Below are positions 13,325 through 26,419 of a DNA stretch of 64,000 nt, piece by piece (the first letter of the stretch is position 1; each line of letters opens with the position of its first letter). The translations under genes and the position numbers were made by a program. This DNA comes from Dictyostelium discoideum (taxonomy: Eukaryota): NCBI GenBank assembly GCA_000004695.1, contig CM000151.3:4192001-4256000 (forward strand). Reading direction: 5' to 3'. Under the pieces are notes generated by a model. It was given only the letters and a program-made list of their open reading frames with translations, made no database searches and had not been told where the DNA came from.

Positions 13325-15139
13325 ATGTCTGCTCCACAACAACAACATAATATACAACAACAAAATATACAACAAAATATACAACAACAACAACCACAAC
13401 AAAATGTACAACAACCTCAACAAGTAATAGGGCAACCACAACAACAACCTGTATATAAACCTGTAATTCAAATAAATAAGACATTACCACAACAACAACC
13501 ACAACAACAAATACCACAACAACAACAAATTTATAAACAAGCGCCACAACAAATATATAATCAAATTTCACCACCAATTCAACAAAATATAAATTCACCA
13601 ACAATTGTAAATAATACACCACCAACACCAGTAGTAACTACACCAACAACAACAACGACGACAACACAATCAAATTATTCAACAAATAGACCAAATATTA
13701 ATATAAATCCAGCATCACCGATATCTAGTACGACAATAGCATCACCTGTAACTCCTACAGTATTAACATCAACTCCACCAACAACAATAACAACACCAAC
13801 AACAACAACAACTACATCAACACCAACTACTACTTCAACCACAGTAATAACATCAGGTACTGGTCAACCAAGTTTAGGTTCAATAGAATCATCAATCGAG
13901 AGTGTATTAAGAAAGAATAATCTTGTAAATACAACAAACTTTTCACCAGTTCAAAATATTGGTACAACTACACCACCACCATCATCAACTGTTGTTGGAA
14001 TTACATCACCAACTCTTACCCAAACAACTTCTTCACCAATAACTGCAACTTCTATAACTCCAACTATAACTTCAATTCCAACTACCACCACCACCAATAC
14101 AACATCACCAATGTCTATTGGTACACCTTCAAGTACAACACCTGTAGTTTCAAGTGTTTTACCAACTACTCCAACTACTACCTCTGTAACTGCACCAATA
14201 ACAACTACACCACCATCATCATCAGTTACTACAACAACAACAACTATACCAACTACAACAACAGGAAGTAATAATAGTGTTCAAATAACAGGTACAAATC
14301 CAATGGTTTATGATAGTCGTCAAATGGCTAATAATAGTAGTAATATAACCTCAAATCCAACCTCTACTATTAATACTCCAACTACTACTACCACCACCAC
14401 AACAGCAACTTCAAATTCAACAGGCACAATTTTATCAAAACAAAAAAAAGAAAAAGAAAAAGAAAAAGAACGTCGTGAACGTGAAATTCGTGAAAAAGAA
14501 AATAAAGATCAACAAGATAAAGATAAAGGATTAAATAGTGGTGGTGGCGGTGGCGGTGGTATCGGTAATAATAATAACCCAAATAATTCAAATAACCCAA
14601 ATAATTCAAATAATCCAAATAATCCAAATAATATTGAACCTGAAGTATTGGGTAAAAGAAAATTAATTGAATTACTTCAACAAATTTCACCAAATGAAAA
14701 AATGGATGAAGATGCTGAAGATATTTTATCAGTATTGGCAGATGATTTTGTTGAATCAACCGTTGCATTTGCTTGTACATTAGCAAAACATCGTAATAGT
14801 ACAACACTTGAAGTTAAAGATTTACAATGTCATCTCGAAAAGAATTGGAATATTAGAGTGCCTGGTTTTGGTAATGTTGAACAATATAAAACCTTTAAGA
14901 AACCACATTTCCCAGAGAATCATAAACTTAGAGTTGCTGCAATGAAAAAATCAATCGCTCTAACTCAAGCTTCCTCAAGAAAACAACAAATTCGTGAATT
15001 TAAAGAACAACAAAAAGAATTAAAAGAACAACAACAACAAGAAGAATTAAAACAACAATTACAACAAAGTAAAAAACAAAAATTACAATTACAACAACAA
15101 CAATTACAACAACAACAACAACAATTACAACAACAACAG

Positions 15140-15170
<31 letters not shown>

Positions 15171-15208
15171 TACAACAACAACAACAATCACCTTCTTCAA
15201 AATTTTAA
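13325..15208 (+). CDS. taf12: TAF12 (TFIID subunit, histone-fold) with long N-terminal Q/T/P-rich low-complexity region and C-terminal poly-Q
   Basis: The histone-fold block KRKLIELLQQISPNEKMDEDAEDILSVLADDFVESTVAFACTLAKHRNSTTLEVKDLQCHLEKNWNIRVPGFG aligns residue-for-residue with metazoan TAF12 ([39 protein letters not shown]...TLEVKDVQLHLERQWNMWIPGFG). Start is taken at MSAPQQQ (13325). The ORF-track Met at 13274 lies in poly-T. Confidence 0.8.
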
Positions 15209-15636
15209 TTTAAAAAAATAATAAAAAATAAAAATAAATAAAAGATAAAAAAAAAAAAATAAAAAAATAAAAAAAAATAAAAAAAAAATAAAAAATGGTT
15301 AAAATAAATATAAAATATAAAATAAAAAAATAAAAAAAATAAAAAAAAATAAAAAAAATAAAAAAATAAAAAAAAGAAAATATGTATTACATATTATAGA
15401 TTATTAAAATAAAAATTTTTTTTTTTTTTTTTTCTTCATTTCTTTTTTTTTTTTTTTTCTAAACACTTTTAATTTTTTTTGGTATAAAAAAAAAAAAAAA
15501 AGTATTTAAATGGGAAGATCAAAACACACGACAATGCTTGTCGAAATGGTGTTGTTTACAATAAAAATTTTTGGCAATCAGTCAGAATCTTACAACTGAT
15601 GATGGTTTGGAAAAAAAAAAAAATTGAAAATTAAAA

Positions 15637-15683
<47 letters not shown>

Positions 15684-15807
15684 TGGATATTATAACGATA
15701 ATTAAATTGTTTTTTTTTTTTTTTTTTTTTTTTTTGTTTTTTTTTTTATTTTTTTTATTGTATTTTTAATTGTATTTTTATTATTATTATTTTTCAAGTA
15801 ATAAGTA

Positions 15808-15840
<33 letters not shown>

Positions 15841-15852
15841 TAAAATTAAAAA

Positions 15853-16799
15853 ATGAGTGAACAATTCAAAGATAATTTTTGGGTGTGTAATTTTAAAATT
15901 TTAAATTTTCCATAAATGGTTCTTAAACACTAACACTTTAAAATAAAACAAAACAAAAAAAAAAAAAAAAAAAAACAAAATTTTTTTTTTTAAACTGTTT
16001 AGGGACCAAATGGTTTCGAAACAATTGAAAAAAGAATGAATCAAGGTACTGAAAGTACAAGGTTATTCTTATTATTTTTAAAAGAAAGAGCAGCAATTGA
16101 AGAGAATTATTCAAAAAGTTTACAAAAATTATTAAAAAGTACATCACAATTAATTGAATATGGGTATGTTTTTTTTTTTTTTTTTTTTTTTTCCAATTGA
16201 ATACTTATTTTAATAATAAATAATAAATAATAAATAAATATTAGAACATTACGTGATGCATGGTATGGAGTTAGAGGTGAAGCAGAATCACTTGTAAGAG
16301 TACATCATGAATTAGGTCAAAAAATTGAAAAAGATATAGTTGCACCATTTTCAAAATTTAAATCTGAACAAAAAAAAGTAAAGAAAAATGTATGTATCCT
16401 TTTTTTTTTTTTTTTTTTTTCTCTCTCAACTCTATCAAATATAAAAATCATTTAAATAACTCTTATATTTATACATTTATATATATAAATAGTTTTTATA
16501 TGATGCATATAAATTAAATAAAGAGAGAAAAGATATGGAAAGTTCAATTACAAAAACTAGAGCAAAATATGATGATTATTCAAAACAAGCAGAAACAATT
16601 GCAATAACAATGGAAACTGCTAAAAATACAAAAACAGCAGCTGAAGTGGGTAAAATTCAATCAAAACTTCAAAAAATACAAAGAGATGCAAGTTCTGCTG
16701 AACAAGATTATAGAGATTCTGTTAATAAATTATCAATGTATCAACCAACTTGGGAAGATAAAGTTTCTTCAAATTATCATGTATGTATTATTTTTATAG

Positions 16800-16832
<33 letters not shown>

Positions 16833-17433
16833 TTATTTATTATTTATTAATTATTATTTATTATTTATTTTTTTTTAAAAAAAAAAGACATTACAATTAA
16901 CAGAAGAAGAAAGAATTGATTATATTAAAGTACAATTAGAGAAATATGTTGGAGCAATTAAATCAACAGTACCAGATACAGAGACAACAAATAGGAATTT
17001 AGTGAATGTTATAACACAAATTGATAAATTAGAGGATATACATTGTTTTGTTAGAGAGAGTAGAACTGGTACAGAGAAACCACCACCACCACAATTCATT
17101 TCATTTGGTGGTAAATCGTCATCTGATTATATTCAAAATAAAGCATCATATTCAGCTCCATTAACTTCAAGTGTTAGTAGTAATAGTTTAACGAGTAGTT
17201 ATAATTCAGCGACAACAACACCAACACCAGCACCACGTTCAACTCCAATTAATTTATCTAAAAAGAAACAAGCAAAAGCATTATATGATTATGTTGGTAG
17301 TGATGCTACTGAATTGGACTTTTTCGCCGGTGATATAATTACAATTTTAGACGAAGATGAATCTGGTTGGTTTAGAGGTGAATTGGGTGATAGAATTGGT
17401 TTATATCCTTCAAATTATTGTGAACCAATTTAA
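15853..17433 (+). CDS. F-BAR (FCH) domain + C-terminal SH3 domain protein (PSTPIP/Cdc15-like), 5 exons
   Basis: Exons 15853..15882 (MSEQFKDNFW; GTGTGT donor), 16003..16163, 16245..16389, 16493..16780 and 16888..17433. Introns use GTATGT donors and TTAG/ATAG/AAAG acceptors, and phases are consistent. The N-terminus GPNGFETIEKRMNQGTESTRLFLLFLKERAAIEENYSKSLQKL has the F-BAR pattern. The C-terminus ALYDYVGSDATELDFFAGDIITILDEDESGWFRGELGDRIGLYPSNYCEPI is a canonical SH3. Confidence 0.8.
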
Positions 17434-17870
17434 AAAAATAAATAAATAATAGATTATTTTTTAAAAATTTAAAAAATTATTCAAAACATTTTATTTTATT
17501 TTTATTTTATTTTTTTTTATTTTTTTTTTTTTTTTTTGGTATAAAAACTTTTTTTTATTTGTGTGGAATTTTGTGGGAAAAATTAAAATTTACCATATGG
17601 TAAATCTAATTTTATTTTTGGTGTTTTTTTGAATTAATTAATTCTTTCTTTTATGATAAAACGGTTAAGAATTTCATCAATTGAAGGATCACCAAAATTT
17701 TGATATATGATTGTCTGATTTAAGAATTACAGGTGGTAGAAGAATTAATTAATTCTGGTGGAATTTTGATTTGAAATATTGTTAATTTTGAATAAAGTTA
17801 TTATTTTTATTCACCCCATAAAACATTACCATTTGGAGTTGAGATTCTGGATCTTTTTGAAAAAAAAAAG

Positions 17871-17912
<42 letters not shown>

Positions 17913-18020
17913 TTTTTTTTTTTAAATTTTAATAAAATTTTTCTCACATCTTTCTTTTTTTTTTTTTTTTTTATTTTATTTTTTATTTTTTTAAAAAAAA
18001 AAAATAATAATAAAATTACA

Positions 18021-19418
18021 ATGAAAATAATTATATTACCAAATTATATTCAAAATAAAATTATTAAATTATTATGTTATAATTATAATTTAATAAATCA
18101 ATCATTTAAAATTGAATATATTGAAAATTCAGATTTTTATGATTCAGTTTATTATTTAAATGATTATAATATTGAAAATTTAATATTTGTAAATTGGTAT
18201 TGGTTTAAAACTGTATCAGATAATATTAATACAATAATAAATTTTAATTATAAATTAAATAAAAGATTAAATTTTAATCAATTTTTAAATCAATTTAAAA
18301 AAAAATCAACAATCTTTAATCAAAATCAAAATCAAGATCAAAATCAAAATCAAAATAATAATGAAAATAATAATGAAAATAATAAATATTTGTTTATAAA
18401 TAATAATAATATTGAAATTTTAATATTAGATTTTTCATATTTATTTAATTGTTTTAAATTATTTATTTTAATGTCAAGATCAAAAATTTTTAGAAAATTA
18501 TTAAATGAAAAAATTAAATTTGATTATCCAAATTTAAAAATTTTAAAAATTAATAATTCAATTAGACAATTTCAAATTGATTTAATTAATTCAATTGATT
18601 TTTCAAATATTGAAATTAAAAATTATTCAATGTTAAAACAAACAATTGATATAATTAGTGGTAGTAATGATGATGGTAAAAGTTTAAATCAATTAAATTT
18701 AATTGATATTGAAAATAAATTAAAAAGTAAAGTAATTAATAAAAAAAAAGAAAAACAATATCAACTTGGTTTAATTTCATCATCAGGTAGTTCATCATCA
18801 TCATTAAATTTTCAAAACTTTGATCCTATTAAATTATCAAAAAATATTAAATCTGTTGATAATTTGAATTTAAATGGTGGTACATATGAATTGATTTCAA
18901 ATACAATTAGTCAATTAAGTTTTGTTAGAAAATATTGTTATGTAGATTCAAACATTTTTCAATCAATTTATAATGATGAAAAATTTAATTCAAACAATTG
19001 TTTAATTAATAGTGAATCTTTTAATATCAATTTTTTAACTTTTGAATCTTTAGTTTCAATTTTAAAGATTTCACCAAATTTAAAAAAAATAAATTTAAAA
19101 TTTTGTTTTCATCATTTAAATTTTATTTTTTCAAATATTAATCACGATGATGATGATGATGAAAGAAATCAATTTAAATCATGTTTATGTACACCAACAA
19201 ATCAAGATTCAAATGATATATATTGGAATTTCATTTATAATTATATTATAAATAGTAAAACTATTAAAAAAATTATATTTGTTCAATATTGTAATGCTTC
19301 AAAACTTGTTCCAAAAGTTTCAAAATTTTGTAATAACTTTGAAAAAATTTTTAATTTATTAATTGAAAATAAAAAATTAAAAGTTTATAATTTACCATTT
19401 TTAAAAAATAAATGGTAA
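18021..19418 (+). CDS. Asn/Ile/Lys-rich hypothetical protein (465 aa), possible leucine-rich-repeat-like C-terminal half; single exon
   Basis: Long ORF with start taken at MKIIILPNYIQNK. The upstream Met in the track is poly-T-derived. Repetitive L..L..I..N patterns are present but no firm domain. Confidence 0.45.
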   Translation: MKIIILPNYIQNKIIKLLCYNYNLINQSFKIEYIENSDFYDSVYYLNDYNIENLIFVNWYWFKTVSDNINTIINFNYKLNKRLNFNQFLNQFKKKSTIFNQNQNQDQNQNQNNNENNNENNKYLFINNNNIEILILDFSYLFNCFKLFILMSRSKIFRKLLNEKIKFDYPNLKILKINNSIRQFQIDLINSIDFSNIEIKNYSMLKQTIDIISGSNDDGKSLNQLNLIDIENKLKSKVINKKKEKQYQLGLISSSGSSSSSLNFQNFDPIKLSKNIKSVDNLNLNGGTYELISNTISQLSFVRKYCYVDSNIFQSIYNDEKFNSNNCLINSESFNINFLTFESLVSILKISPNLKKINLKFCFHHLNFIFSNINHDDDDDERNQFKSCLCTPTNQDSNDIYWNFIYNYIINSKTIKKIIFVQYCNASKLVPKVSKFCNNFEKIFNLLIENKKLKVYNLPFLKNKW

Positions 19419-20308
19419 ATTGTAAATAAATTATACATATAATATGTAAAAATACATAATAGAATTTTATTTTCACAAACGACAACAACAACAACAATAA
19501 ACAATAATTACAATAAAATTAATTCTCCACATATGTCATATTTGTATATTTTAATTTTATTTTTATATCCTTTTATTTAAATGTTAATACTAATAAAATT
19601 AAAATATTTTTTACTTTTTAATTAAATATTACAATCAATTTATAAATATACTATTAAAAACCATTTTATATTTAATTTATTAACCCTCTTCAAAGCAACA
19701 TCGTCATTAACACCACAACCACAAACATCTTATGAACCTATCAATGTTAATTATTTTATAATTTTCGATTTTTCAAAATAACAATAACTCAATTTCAATC
19801 AATAATATAATCGATTCAAAACTTGGAACTTTTTCAATATTATCTATCATTAAAGAACACTACAATGTTGTGTCTATTATTGGTGATAACCAAAAAACTG
19901 TTAGTCTATTAAACGATTTATCAATTAATACTAAAAGATTTAATAACCAACCATCCACAACCAATATCATTGTAAATATTGTTGATGAAAAGTTCAATGT
20001 TAATAGATTTTCAAACCAATTGGAAAAGTTAGACATAAACAAAATATTATCAGAATGTGATAATAACTTCGAAAAAACTAAACAAGTAATGGCCATTACA
20101 TTGAAAAATTAGTATCACAAGAAAATGGTGCATAAATATAATATTAAAAAATAAAAAATAAAACATATAAAAATAAATAAATAAATAAAATAAAGCTTCA
20201 TTATTTATTAAAAAAAATTATTTTATTACATTTTAATTTTATTTTTTTTATTATTTTATTTAATAACATTTTTAAAAATACTTTTTATTTTTATTTTTAT
20301 TCTCTATG

Positions 20309-20544
<236 letters not shown>

Positions 20545-20793
20545 TTGTAAACTGTTTATAATATTTATTATTTAATTTTATTTATTTATTATGATTCTTA
20601 AATAAATGAAGACAATTTGCAATAGGAGATAAATACAAGAAGTATATTATTTATATCTCTAAAGGGAATTATAGTTTTATTATTATGTGTATTGCATTAA
20701 TTCTTTTTTTTGAGTATTTTAAAAACTATTTATACCAAAATCTATTAACCTCTAAAGTTTGTATCTGAAAAATGAAAATTTTACTATAGAAAT

Positions 20794-20839
<46 letters not shown>

Positions 20840-21442
20840 TTTAATATAAATCAAAATCTATTTTCCAGACATTGTTTTAAATAAATAAAAAAATAAAAAA
20901 ATAAAAAAAAATTTTAAAAAAGAAAAATAAAGAAAGAATTTTCTTTTTATTATTTATAGACTTATTTTTTTTTTTTTATTTTTTGTATAATAATCATGGA
21001 AATAGAGCAAAAATTAATATGGATGTGGTAAACGCACAATGAAAAAAAAATTTTTTTTTTTTTTTTTTTTTTTTCATCTATTTTTTTTTTTCATTTTTTT
21101 TTTTATTTTTTTTTTATTTTAATTTTTGTTTTACTCTGTTTAGTAACAATAATAACAAAAAAAAAATATTTAAATATGAGATCAGCTACTAAATTATTTA
21201 AAAATTTGAGCAAAAGTGTTGTTCAATTAAAAACTGTTAAACCAGTATCATCATTAAATTTTGGATATATCAAAACTAGACAATTTTCAACATCAACTAC
21301 TGACTCATCAAATTTATTTTTAAATAACAATAATCAATTTCAAAATTTTACTTTCCCAACAAAACGTAGGTTTTATTTATTTATATATTTAATTATTTAT
21401 TTTTTTCATTTTGTTTAGAAAAAAAATAAAAAAAATAAAAAA

Positions 21443-21479
<37 letters not shown>

Positions 21480-21802
21480 TAAATTTCAAATATTATTCTT
21501 TCAGTTTGTGACAGAAAGAGAAAGAATATACATAAGTTGGGGGAAAAAAAATATATAAACAAATACACATGTGTCAATGAATAAACAGAAGGAATATTCC
21601 AAAATTCCTTCACAACCCCAAAATGGACACAACAGTTGCAATTTTTTTTATTTTTTTTTTACAAAAAATTTTAATTTATTTTATTTTAATTTTTATTTTT
21701 TTTTATTTTTTTTTTTATGAACAAACCAAAAATATAAAAATTTTTTTTTTTTTTTCATTTCATTTTGGATATAATTCATAATAAACAAATACTAATTAAA
21801 AA

Positions 21803-22537
21803 ATGACTCATCCACATTGCCATAAAAAAGAACAAATTAGAATCAGAAAACCAGCTCCAGCTTTCAAAGGTCAAGCTGTTGTCAATGGTGAATTCAAAGA
21901 AATCTCATTAGATGACTACAAAGGTAAATAAAAATAAATTTAATGTCAAATTACATAAAAAAAAAAAAAAAATTAATTAAATACTAATATTTATTTTTTG
22001 CAATATCTAATTATTTTTTTTTTTCTTAATATATATACAGGTAAATACTTATACCTCTTCTTCTACCCATTAGATTTCACTTTTGTATGCCCAACTGAAA
22101 TTATTGCTTTCAGTAATGCTGCTGAAGAATTCAAAAAAGCCGGCTGTGAACTTGTTGGTTGTTCAATTGATTCACCATTCACCCATTTAGCTTGGATCAA
22201 TACCCCACGTAAAGAAGGTGGTTTAGGTGGAATCAACATCCCACTCTTATCCGATTTAACCCATCAAATCTCAAAAGACTACGGTGTTTACATTGAAGAA
22301 GATGGTCACACCATTAGAGGTAGCATTCTCATCGACAAAGAAGGTCTTGTTAGAGTCATTACAATGAACGATAATCCAGTTGGCCGTAGTGTAGATGAAG
22401 CAATCCGTACTTTGAAAGCCTTGAAGTTTACAGATCAATTCGGCGAGGTATGTCCAGCCAATTGGTCAGAGGGCGATAAATCAATGAAAGCAGATCCAAA
22501 AGGTTCAAAAGAATACTTTGAAGCTGTTAATAAATAA
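21803..22537 (+). CDS. 2-Cys peroxiredoxin (typical Prx1-4 subfamily), 2 exons
   Basis: Exon 1 21803..21923 ends [40 protein letters not shown]+G, with GTAAAT donor in phase 1. Exon 2 22041..22537 reads [23 protein letters not shown]...[15 protein letters not shown]...GEVCPANW... Both the peroxidatic FTFVCPTEI and resolving VCP motifs are present. Confidence 0.9.
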
Positions 22538-23322
22538 ATGGTTCAATCCTTTTTTGTAATTCTCTCATCATATTTTTTTTTTTTTTTTTTCATTTTTCAT
22601 TTTTCACTTTCATTTTTCATTTTTTTTTAAAAAAAAAAAAAGCGAGGGGCATTTCGCCACACTTTTTAATTTTTTTTTTTTTTGATTAATATTTTTTTAA
22701 TAATACTGTTTTAAAATGTGTTTGTATATTAATCAGTGTCACTATAAGATTTTTTTTTTTTTTATTATAATTTTTTTATTTGAAAACTTTGGGTGTCAGT
22801 AAAATTTCTAAAACTAATTGACAAAATTCAATTTGTTTTTTATTATTTAAGCAATCTTTTTTTTTTTTTTTTTTGTATTATTATTTTCCAAACCATTAAC
22901 AATAATTATTATTATTATTTAAATTGTTGATTATAAAATTAAATTAATGATACGCACATTTTTTTTTCTTATTGTAATTTGGACAAAACATTAATTTGGA
23001 CTAAAGTTAAACACCTTGAAAGGGATTTCCAAAGTATAAGAACCCAAAGTGAATTAAATGACGAGTTGATTGAGAAATACCAACTTTAACAATAATTATA
23101 GGAACAAAACTTGGTCTTCCATAAGGTAAAACTGTTTGTCTCACAGAAAAAATTAATAAACAACCACAAATATATTTTAAAAAATGAATGCACTGAACTC
23201 TATTGTCCTTTGAAGCAATTAGAAGGAATTAATTCAATAAGTTTAGGAATTTTCAAATTAAATAAAATACTATGAGTTTTTATTTTATTCAAAATGAATT
23301 AAAAATCAAATTAATAGAGTCG

Positions 23323-23369
<47 letters not shown>

Positions 23370-23707
23370 ATTAAAAAATTATTAATGATTTTAAAATTAA
23401 TTTATAAGTTATAAAGAAATTTATATAAAGAATTATATTCTTGTTTATTTTCCCTTTTTAATTGTTGGGAAATTTTTTTTTTATAAGCCAAACTATTTTT
23501 AAAAAGAAAAGAAAAGAAAAAAAAAAAAAAAAAAAAAAATTATTAGTAATTTTGGAAATTTATATAATAGTGATTAAGAAAATTACACTATCCATGTTTT
23601 CCCCTTTTTAATCGGGGATAATTTTTAATACTTTTGATTGGTATTAAAGAAGAAAATTATTAAATGATTCTATTTTTTTTTTTTTAAAAAATTTTAATTA
23701 TTTTAAT

Positions 23708-25739
23708 TTAATTGGTTTTATTAAATAGTAGTTCAAATTTTGAATGAATTTCAATATTGTCAAATTTAAGATAATTTCCAATTTTAATGAAAAGTGATTT
23801 ATTGAAAATAGTTGGATAATTATTTAAAAATAAAATAAAAGACATTTTATCATTTTCAATTAAGCAACAACATAAAATGTGATGTGGAATGATTAATTTA
23901 ATTTTTATTTTTAATTGGTTTTCAAATACATTTAGAGGGAAACCATTTGATATTTCAAGTTCAACTGAATCCTCACCTATTACCAAAAAACCTTTTTTTA
24001 TTTCTTCTAAGATATGATTTGAAATAAAATTTGATATTGGTGGAGAAAAATAACCATTTACTTGGATAGATGGATTAATTTTAATTGCTTCTTTTATCAT
24101 TCTAATAAATGTATTAAAATTATCAATCATATGAATATTATCAAAATATGAGTTTTTAATTTCATCATTTATAATAAAAAATTCTGGACCTGAAAGTGCA
24201 ATTAGAAATAATGAGAAAATACCTGGATGATTAACACCATTTTCTTTAGATATTTTAACCATTTCATCAAATGAAATTATCGATGCTTTTCTATTTATAC
24301 TTTCCATTAATATTTTATATTGATTAACCAATTTTGAACTTTTTAAATAAATGTAATTATAATTAAATTCAGAAAATAATGAATCTTTATAATATTTAAA
24401 AACTAAATTCATTATTTTATCATTTGTAATTGATCTGAAAATAATTTTACAACTTTTTTTTTGCATCGATTGCATTTGCTTTGAAAACTTCTTCAATTAA
24501 GTATAAATTACAAGTTAAAAGAATATTTTTAATTATATCAATTTCAAAAGATGATCCTCGAAGACTTGAATTACCATTTGATTTGATTTTATTATTTCTT
24601 ACAATTTCAAGTAACCGACTTGTATAATTCTTTAAGATTTCTAAATTATTTCTAAATGTTACTTCCATTGTAAAAATTTTTTTGGCACTAAGATTAACCA
24701 TTGATTCATTTTCAACCAAGTTTTTAAAATATTCATTTAAATAAAAATGAAATTCAAGATCATGTTTTGAATTATATAATAAATATTTTTCATTAATTAA
24801 TTCTATTATTTTTTTCTTTTGAATATTAAAATTCTCTGGGAAAATTAAATGATACATTTGAAGTGCCACGACATTTTTACATTGAACAATTATGGTAATC
24901 CATTTATTAAAATCACCAAAATTTATTTGACCTTCTCCACTACCACAAAATGATGTATTAGAGAATAAAAATTTGAAATAATTTCTATTTTTAAAATCAT
25001 TTTCTCTAATGAATTGGATTGTTTTGATAATTTCTTTCTCACTTTTTGAAAGATCACCTTTGTTTATTGAATTGGCAATTCCTCTAGCTAAGGATTTCTC
25101 TAAGTTTTTACAATTTAATTTATAAAAAAGATTTTTATAAATTTCATAAGCTAAAAATTTATTCCTAAAAACTGTCAAATAGAGAGATTTTGTATTATTA
25201 TCTTGATTGTTTGTGTTACATGGAATATTTTTTATTTCTATTAAACTTGAATTTGATCCAATAAGTATCTCCTCTGAACTAAAAGATAAAACTCCACCAT
25301 CAATCAATTGATTTATTGAAATATTTAAAAAGTTACTGATCTTCTTAAATTTTTTATTATTCTTTGATAACTCTATAGTTGTAATAGGAATTGAAACAAA
25401 TTTAAAAATACTATTTATATAGGTTAAAGTCTCTTGAGTGAGATTTAATCTTTGATTTTCCCATTGAAACATATGTAAATAAACTATACAATTTGGAATC
25501 AATCCATCTTTAAATTCTCTTTTTCCAATGTAATTGAAATAAAATTGATTATTATCATTTCCATTAAAAAATTGTTGGTTTTGGTAACAATCAAAACACA
25601 AATCATTGAAAACAAAAATAAAATCAATTTCAGAAACTTTTTTTGGAAATGAATCAGATGTTAATATATATTCACCAACATTATAAATAAAAATATTCTT
25701 TATTAAATTAAAAGAACCATTCTTTGATGTTGACTCCAT
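23708..25739 (-). CDS. Hypothetical ~690-aa protein encoded by two overlapping ORFs (25739..24447 and 24496..23708) that fuse if one A is removed from an A9 run; frameshifted gene or pseudogene
   Basis: The upstream ORF ends ...AIDAKKKL* at an A9 run (plus-strand T9 at 24464-24472). The downstream ORF in the -1 frame continues SCKIIFRSITNDK... Reading A8 gives one continuous frame. No intron fits, because the gap is under 20 nt. Confidence 0.5.
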
Positions 25740-25953
25740 TTTTAATTTTTAAAAAAATTTAAAATTAATTTTATTAATTAAAATGAATAAAAAAATTTTA
25801 AAAAATTATAGTGTGTGTGGTTTTAGGATCCTAAAAAAAAAAAAAAAAAAAATTTCAAAGATTATAGTTAAATGTTATAAAAATGTAATAAGCTTTATTT
25901 TTATTTGGGAAAATTTTAAAAAAATAACATTTTTACAAAATTTAAATTTGTGT

Positions 25954-25985
<32 letters not shown>

Positions 25986-26067
25986 TAATAATTCAGTTTA
26001 AATAGTATTTTTTTATTTTAAACAAAGAGGAGAAATATTAATTTTGACTAATTTTATTTTTTTAATC

Positions 26068-26098
<31 letters not shown>

Positions 26099-26419
26099 TT
26101 AGTACCAATAAATGAGAAATCGGAATAGTTTTTTCGATGAAAAAAAAAATTTATTTTTATTTTAATTTTAATTTTTTTTTTTTTTTTTACATTGGTGAAG
26201 CCTTGAACCCTAACATTTTCGTGTGTCCCCCAACATATTTTTGTAAATGTTTCCAAATTTTCAAATCATCTTTGAGAAATTTTTTAAAAATATCTTTTTT
26301 TTTTTTTTTTTTTTGAAATATAAATAGATTTTTTTTTTTACCAATTTTCATTATCATTTAAATACTTTAAATTTATTATAAATTATTAATTTTAGATAAT
26401 TAAAAAAAAAAAAAAAAAA

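Noticed and set aside
13317-15200. Minus-strand ORFs 13317..13628, 14388..14807 and 15000..15200 (poly-V etc.)
   Set aside because: They are antisense to TAF12 low-complexity Q/T-rich coding sequence and have no independent support.
17571-17578. DUSE-like element (TCCCACAA on the minus strand), the upstream motif of Dictyostelium Pol II/III ncRNA genes
   Set aside because: The ~60-nt region downstream of it on the minus strand is pure AT-rich spacer with no structured RNA candidate. It is probably a chance match.
17910-18020. Upstream Met codons given by the ORF track for several genes (for example 17910 and 13274), and 'M' starts that are actually TTG/GTG (19870, 24496, 37701, 38281, 42045, 45361, 48639)
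   Set aside because: The ORF finder uses prokaryotic alternative starts. These are internal codons of spliced exons, or poly-T translations, not eukaryotic initiation sites.
22980-23330. A 300-bp moderately GC-rich ORF-free stretch between the convergent prx and frameshifted genes
   Set aside because: The longest frame is 56 codons with no start, and the only intron-like GT..AG pair is about 21 nt, which is too short. It is most simply the overlapping 3' UTRs of the two convergent genes. An ncRNA cannot be excluded without expression data.
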